Source of the DNA: Opitutaceae bacterium
Lineage (GTDB): Bacteria; Verrucomicrobiota; Verrucomicrobiia; Opitutales; Opitutaceae
Reading direction: 5' to 3'
DNA length: 38,174 bases
Assembly: GCA_029979145.1 (NCBI GenBank)
Contig: JAPOIC010000001.1
Coordinates: 1-38,174, forward strand
In this document: positions 30,061-38,174 of the stretch, one piece after another
How the letters are laid out: every line of letters starts with the position of its first letter
How positions within the stretch are numbered: position 1 is the stretch's first letter
The notes under the pieces: model-generated
The model's input: the letters and a program-made list of their open reading frames with translations, nothing else
The model's database searches: none
What the model was told of the DNA's origin: nothing
Program-made: the position numbers and the translations under genes

Positions 30061-30745
30061 ATGAACTTTCGAGCCATTGTTACGACCGCCCTCTTGGGGG
30101 CCCCCTGACAACTTCAGCAAATGCCCAGATTAGCTGGGATTTAGGCACAAGTGCCGGGAATGCCGCCGTTTCGTCGAACAGCGTGTCCTACCTGACCGCC
30201 TCGTCGGTCAGCCAGAACAACAACCATGGCGTCACGACGATGTTGTCCGCTGCGTCGCCATCATCCGGTTACCTCGGCGCCAGCGGGCAGTATAACGCCG
30301 CATCGAGCGGGGTCGCGGGACAGTTGAATCTTTCGACCTCGACCTACTACCAGTTTACGCTGACGCCCTCGATCGGCTACGAAGTGTCCCTGAGCAGCAT
30401 ATCCTTTGGCACCCGCTCCACCTCCTCCGGGCCGACCAACGTGGCGGTCTACACCAGCGATGACGATTTCACCTATGCTATTGCTTTGGGTAACAGCACC
30501 TCGACGTGGGCACTGATCTCTTCCGGCCCACTCACCAACATCAGCGGGACCGCCGCTTCGCCGCTGGTGGTGCGGATTTATGGCTACGGCGGATCCGGCT
30601 CGACCAGCACAGCCAACTGGCGAATTGACGACCTTACCGCATCTGGCGTGTCCGTCGTCCCCGAGGCGTCCAACTACGCGGCGATATTCGGTGGCGTGGC
30701 CTTGGTTGCGCCGTTTTGCTCCGCCGCCGCAAAGCAGCAGCCTGA
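30061..30745 (+). pseudogene. PEP-CTERM surface protein with two frameshifts
   Basis: Signal peptide MNFRAIVTTALLGA / LTTSANAQ split at G5C5 (30096-30105); Ser/Thr-rich body; VPEASNYAAIFGGVALV / AVLLRRRKAAA* split at about 30709. Confidence 0.8.
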
Positions 30746-30764
30746 AGTTTCCCTGCCTCCCAGC

Positions 30765-30794
30765 AAAAAAGACCCGCAGTAATGCGGGCCTTTT
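30765..30794. terminator. Bidirectional intrinsic terminator
   Basis: AAAAAAG-ACCCGCA-gtaa-TGCGGGC-CTTTT between convergent genes. Confidence 0.85.
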
Positions 30795-30826
30795 CCTTGT
30801 TCTATCACGCCGCGAGCGGCGAACGG

Positions 30827-31567
30827 TTATTTGCCGAGGTTGAATTTGATGCCCGCGCTGCTGTCTTCTGCGGGGGCGGAGACCGGAGCGGCGGTTGAGG
30901 CCGTTGCCGCGGGAGCGGGGGTGGCCTTGGCGACCTGCAGGGTCATGAGGCGCTGCGACCAGGGGCTCGCGGGATCGACCTGCATGATCTGGGTGGCGAG
31001 CGAACGGAAGGTGGCGTCATCGCCGGCAGCGTGGGCGCGGGTGGCGAGGTGGTAGGCGGCCTCGGTGCGAATGCCGATGGCCACCGTGGAGGAATCCGTC
31101 AAAGCCTTCAGGCCGGCTTCGGCCTCGGCGGCATTGCCGGATTGCAGGCGGGACATTGCAAGGCCGAGCGCGGCGCGGTCGGCCAGCGGACTGGCGGCCA
31201 GATCCTTGCCCGCAGATTGATAAGCGGCGATAGCGTCGGCGGAACGACCGTCGGCGTAGGCGGCATCAGCCACCTGCAGCCAAGCCACCCCGGCAAGTTC
31301 GTGGCCGGCGTTGGCCTGCGCGAACGCCTGGCGCTGCGCCGGCGTGGTCGCCTTGGCGTATTCCGCCCCCAGCGCCTGCTCATTTTGCGCAGACAGGTAA
31401 TCCGAAGCACCGCGCCACACAATGATGCCCACCACCAAACCGGCGGCAAAGGCGAGGTTGCGCCGGTGGCGCGTCCAGAATTCGTTCAGCTTCTCCTCAA
31501 GGCCGGGGGTGGCATTGACCTCGGCGGCGGGAACGGTGGGATTTTCGGACGGGGAAGGTGTGCTCAT
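30827..31567 (-). CDS. Membrane-anchored TPR protein (YfgM-like)
   Basis: LNEFW then single TM, then Ala-rich helical repeats. Confidence 0.75.
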   Translation of the reverse strand: MSTPSPSENPTVPAAEVNATPGLEEKLNEFWTRHRRNLAFAAGLVVGIIVWRGASDYLSAQNEQALGAEYAKATTPAQRQAFAQANAGHELAGVAWLQVADAAYADGRSADAIAAYQSAGKDLAASPLADRAALGLAMSRLQSGNAAEAEAGLKALTDSSTVAIGIRTEAAYHLATRAHAAGDDATFRSLATQIMQVDPASPWSQRLMTLQVAKATPAPAATASTAAPVSAPAEDSSAGIKFNLGK

Positions 31568-31650
31568 GCGCAGGGTGGTTTGACGGGAAAGGCGTCACCC
31601 AAGCAAACGCGCGGCCGGCTGTAAATGCCGGAAACAGCTGGTTCTGACCC

Positions 31651-31672
31651 GCCGGCAGAGGGACCTGCCGGC
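31651..31672. terminator. GC hairpin downstream of carB
   Basis: GCCGGCAG-agggac-CTGCCGGC; no clear U tract. Confidence 0.45.
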
Positions 31673-31685
31673 CCACCTTGATGGT

Positions 31686-34928
<3,243 letters not shown>

Positions 34929-35000
34929 GGACGTAGATTGGCGAGAGGGTTGCGGTCGCACCGGGACGCCGCAAGCGGGAACTCAGGCGCAGGCCGACTT

Positions 35001-35300
35001 TTAACCGATTCGGGAGACGTCGATGCCGAGGACCTGCGCCGCCTGCGCCTTGTCGCCGTGACAGGCCCGTAGGACCATGTCCACATACTGCCTTTCTTGG
35101 CCCGAAAGGTATTCCGCCAGGCTCGGCCAATGATTGATTTCCCGAAGCCGCAGCGGCAGCTTGTATTTCTTCGCCTTCTTCTCGAGGGCTTTCTGTTTCG
35201 CCAGCGCTTGAGCCGCGGCAAACCCTCCCTTGCCTTTTGCCTTGGCGCCTCTGGCACCCTTGGCCGCCGCAGGTGATGCCGCCGATGCAGAGGAGATGGA
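35001..35300 (-). CDS. Lys/Ala-rich small protein ending in a Fis-type HTH; no canonical start nearby, possible remnant
   Basis: SLAEYLSGQERQYVDMVLRACHGDKAQAAQVLGI resembles HTH_8; 5' boundary approximate. Confidence 0.55.
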   Translation of the reverse strand, partial: SISSASAASPAAAKGARGAKAKGKGGFAAAQALAKQKALEKKAKKYKLPLRLREINHWPSLAEYLSGQERQYVDMVLRACHGDKAQAAQVLGIDVSRIG

Positions 35301-35448
35301 GACCGTGCTCCGAAAAAAACGGCCGGTCCAGCCTCGGGCAACCCCATTTGGCGGCGCTTTTTGTAAAAAATGCGCGATTCTCCCTTCGGGCCCCCGGCAA
35401 CGCAGGCTTGACCGTCGCAGGAGCGCCACGAATCTTCCGACCAAGTCT

Positions 35449-35522
35449 GCGGGTGTAGTTTAGTGGTAAAACTCCACTCTTCCAAAGTGGTCTCGTCGGT
35501 TCGATTCCGTCCACCCGCACCA
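35449..35522 (+). tRNA. tRNA-Gly(TCC)
   Basis: GCGGGTG...CACCCGC-A-CCA; anticodon arm CCACT-CT-TCC-AA-AGTGG. Confidence 0.95.
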
Positions 35523-35585
35523 ACCTTCGCCAAGGCTTCGGTTGGCAGGCCAGCCTCGGAGCCGGCCCCCCAGCGAAAAGCGAAC

Positions 35586-35993
35586 TTAATAGACGCGCCA
35601 GGGCCACGCAACGCAGCCGTCGACGTCGGTGATCAGCGCAAAGTCCGTCTTCCCCTTGAACACGAAGGGCTGCACATCGACCTCCGCCGGAAGCAACGCG
35701 CGCGCCGCCCGCCAGCTTGCGCCCGACACCCAGACGTCGTCCACCAGCAGCACGCGCCGCCACTCGCCCAAATCCGGCACCGGGGCCAGCTGGCGCGGCT
35801 GCGCGCAGCGCGGCTCGTTGGCCTCATCGCGATAGTTCAGTGCGATCAGTTTCAGGCCGACGCTCAAGTGCTGCGCCACCAGCGCCGCAGGCACGATGCC
35901 GCCCGTGGCAATGCCGACCACCCCGTCGATGCCCGCCGGAAAGCGCCAGCGGCTGAGCCGCGCAGCAATGGCTTCAAACGCCAGCGGCGTCAT
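35586..35993 (-). CDS. Type I phosphoribosyltransferase (Gpt-like)
   Basis: PRPP-binding RVLLVDDVWVSGAS; GIATGGIVPAALVA; C-terminal WPW. Confidence 0.85.
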   Translation of the reverse strand: MTPLAFEAIAARLSRWRFPAGIDGVVGIATGGIVPAALVAQHLSVGLKLIALNYRDEANEPRCAQPRQLAPVPDLGEWRRVLLVDDVWVSGASWRAARALLPAEVDVQPFVFKGKTDFALITDVDGCVAWPWRVY

Positions 35994-36495
35994 GATCGCC
36001 CGTCGCTTGGGTCTTCGGGAAGAATCGCGTCAACGCCACGTTGAACACGGCGAGAACCGCGAGTCCCGCCAGCCCGCCTTGCAGCGAGTCGAGGAAAAAG
36101 CGGAACGGTTCGCCCAAATCACCGAACGGCACAATCGCCCACTGCACGGTCGAGGAAACGGTCTTGGCCACGACGCAGCCCAAAGGCGCAGTCAGCCAGA
36201 GTCCCGGCACGCGGCGAACGAGGAGCCAGGCCACCACCGCGAAGACCGAAAGCTCGAAGGCCAGCACCGAAAGGAATTGCAGCGCGGGCAGGCCCGTGAC
36301 GGCCAGATTGACCGCGGGTGCAAAAAGCCCCGTCAGCAAACCGACCCGCAGGCCGTAGAAATACACGCCGACAAACGTGGCCCAAAACATCGGCAGCAAA
36401 TACGCGCCCAGCGGCCGCGCTCCCGACCACGGCAACACGTGCACGAGGAAAGGAATCAGCCACGCGACGGCCAGCAGCACAGCGGTTTCCTTCAC
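35974..36495 (-). CDS. ECF transporter S-component-like membrane protein
   Basis: IPFLVH, GAYLLPMF, G..TGLFAP.VN...TGLP pattern, about 6 TM; start uncertain (GTG 36495/36513/36549). Confidence 0.65.
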   Translation of the reverse strand: MKETAVLLAVAWLIPFLVHVLPWSGARPLGAYLLPMFWATFVGVYFYGLRVGLLTGLFAPAVNLAVTGLPALQFLSVLAFELSVFAVVAWLLVRRVPGLWLTAPLGCVVAKTVSSTVQWAIVPFGDLGEPFRFFLDSLQGGLAGLAVLAVFNVALTRFFPKTQATGDHDAAGV

Positions 36496-36603
36496 GCCGG
36501 CTCGTTTGAACACTCCACTGCCCGACAGGGTTTGATTCGCGATGCTCACAGCCGGCAAATTACGGCGCGACACCGCCGCTGCAATCCGCAATCTGGGCCC
36601 GGT

Positions 36604-37326
36604 GTGAACCTGATCCTGTTTCAAACCAACGAGACCCAGCGCCCCCTCCCCCGCACCGACGCACGCGCCGAGCACCTGCTCACCGTGCTGCGCCGTCAAC
36701 CCGGCGACACCTTTGACGCCGGCCTCGTCAACGGACCGCGCGGCAAGGGCACCTTGGTCGCCATTGGTCCGGATCATTTGGATCTCGCGTTCGACTGGCC
36801 GGAAGCATCCGCCCCGCCGGTCGATCCCGTCACCCTACTGATCGGGCTGCCGCGGCCGCAGACCGCGCGCAAGATCCTGCAGGAGTCAGCAGCCTTGGGT
36901 GTGACCGCCCTCCATTTCGTGCGCTGTGATCGCGCCGAACCCTCCTACGCCGACAGCACCCTGTGGGCGCCCGGCGAATGGCGGCGACACCTTGAGGCGG
37001 GCACGGCCCAAGCCTTTGCCACGGATGTCCCCACGCTGACCCACGGCGAAACCATCAACGCGGCTTTGGCGAATTTGCCGGCCGGCGCCACCCGGCTCGC
37101 CCTCGACAACTACGAATCGCCGGTCGCACTCAGCGCCACTTTCTGTCCCGCGGGCCAACCCCTCGTGCTCGCCTTCGGCCCCGAACGCGGTTGGTCGCCG
37201 GCCGAGCGCGACGCGTTGCGCGCCGGCGGCTTCGCGCTCGCCCACCTCGGCCCGCGCGTGCTGCGGCTTGAGACCGCCGTCGTCGCCGCCCTGGCCATTG
37301 CCAAAGCCCGGCGCGGGCTCATGTAG
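36604..37326 (+). CDS. rsmE: 16S rRNA m3U1498 methyltransferase
   Basis: HLLTVLR, ALGV, FGPERGWS, LGPRVLRLETA; GTG start 36604. Confidence 0.9.
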   Translation: MNLILFQTNETQRPLPRTDARAEHLLTVLRRQPGDTFDAGLVNGPRGKGTLVAIGPDHLDLAFDWPEASAPPVDPVTLLIGLPRPQTARKILQESAALGVTALHFVRCDRAEPSYADSTLWAPGEWRRHLEAGTAQAFATDVPTLTHGETINAALANLPAGATRLALDNYESPVALSATFCPAGQPLVLAFGPERGWSPAERDALRAGGFALAHLGPRVLRLETAVVAALAIAKARRGLM

Positions 37327-37891
37327 TCGCGCGCAAAAACAAACCCACCGACGGCTGGTGGGCGCCCTTGCCCAGGCGCTTGGCACAGGTCCACCCCGGC
37401 GGCGTCAGCTCGATCTCACCGGGCATCTCGAACACAACAAACGGATCCGGGTGCGTCGCGAGCAATTCACTGAGTCGTGCGAATAGCTTCAGCGCGACTT
37501 CGGTGATAATCTCATAAGGCGGATCGATGAAGACCAAATCGGGGCCGGCATCGGCCCTCGGCCACGGGGCCAAGACGGCGTCGGCGTTGACCAGCTTCGT
37601 GTCGAGCGCGACCGCCCCCAAGCTCTTAGCCACGCCAGTCAAGTTGCGCCGAATGCAATCGGCCGCCTGCCGGTTTTTCTCCACCCACACGCCTCCCACC
37701 GCCCCGCGGCTCAGGGCCTCTAGCCCATAGGCGCCGCTGCCGGCAAAGAGATCGAGGAAGCGCGCTCCCGGCACGCGATGGCCGATGCTGGAAAACACCG
37801 CCTGACGCATGCCGTCGGTGGCCGGCCGCACCGCGTTGCCCTTGGGGGCGACCAAGGGGATGCCGCGGGCCTGACCTCCGGTGATGCGCAT
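37319..37891 (-). CDS. rsmD: 16S rRNA m2G966 methyltransferase
   Basis: MRITGG, VRPATD, FLDLFAGSGAYGLEALSRGA, FIDPPY. Confidence 0.92.
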   Translation of the reverse strand: MRITGGQARGIPLVAPKGNAVRPATDGMRQAVFSSIGHRVPGARFLDLFAGSGAYGLEALSRGAVGGVWVEKNRQAADCIRRNLTGVAKSLGAVALDTKLVNADAVLAPWPRADAGPDLVFIDPPYEIITEVALKLFARLSELLATHPDPFVVFEMPGEIELTPPGWTCAKRLGKGAHQPSVGLFLRATT

Positions 37892-37956
37892 GGCGGCAGA
37901 CAAAACTCCGCGGCACGATTGGCAAATCGGAAACCCTGTGCACGCTGACGCCTACC

Positions 37957-38174
37957 ATGGCTCGCGCCGCGTCCTTTCCTGTTTCCGACCATTGCGATGG
38001 GCAGCGTTTCTTCAATCCGCGCGGTCACATCAACCGCACTTGGGGCGACGTCATGCGCTGGCGGCGCACCAGCCGACCGACGCCCTGGCCAACACAGATC
38101 GACTTCACGCCGCCGCCCCTCGCCCCGCATCCTGGCGGGCCGATCGTGGACTGCACCACGGTCAATCACGCGAC
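37957..38174 (+). CDS. MBL-fold metallo-hydrolase (RomA/NAPE-PLD-like), N-terminal part; runs off the window
   Basis: Manual translation MARAASFPVSDHCDGQRFFNP...WR...PWP...TTVNHA; SDHxDGxRFFNP is typical of the family. Confidence 0.7.
   Translation, partial: MARAASFPVSDHCDGQRFFNPRGHINRTWGDVMRWRRTSRPTPWPTQIDFTPPPLAPHPGGPIVDCTTVNHA

Noticed and set aside
35896-36777. Extended rsmE and membrane-protein ORFs overlapping each other
   Set aside because: Mutual antisense read-through; real starts are about 36604 (+) and about 36495-36549 (-)
37319-37326. rsmE/rsmD convergent 8-bp overlap
   Set aside because: Ordinary tail-to-tail overlap

Overview
GC-rich bacterial chromosome segment, most likely Verrucomicrobiota/Opitutaceae (inferred from the PEP-CTERM gene, the Bacteroidota/Verrucomicrobia-type sdhCAB and the stand-alone rpsR). 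It is mostly housekeeping and carbohydrate metabolism: uxaC, tsaC/sua5, hisC, melA with an AraC regulator, a DEAD-box helicase, an ActP-like symporter, gpsA, lysA, sdhCAB, carB, rsmE, rsmD and three tRNAs (Arg-CCT, Pro-TGG, Gly-TCC). The most notable system is a hexuronate locus: uxaC, a long divergent UxaE-like epimerase and an SDR reductase, transcribed divergently from a LarA-family nickel-pincer epimerase. Other notable points are several orphan C-terminal gene tails (a Wzc tyrosine cluster, a hybrid kinase REC end and a Fis-type HTH), a doubly frameshifted PEP-CTERM gene behind tRNA-Pro, a solitary ECF S-component coupled to a phosphoribosyltransferase, and a recurring compact promoter layout suggesting leaderless or short-leader mRNAs. 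No CRISPR array, transposase or integrase was seen. All calls come from motif recognition by eye, with no database search.
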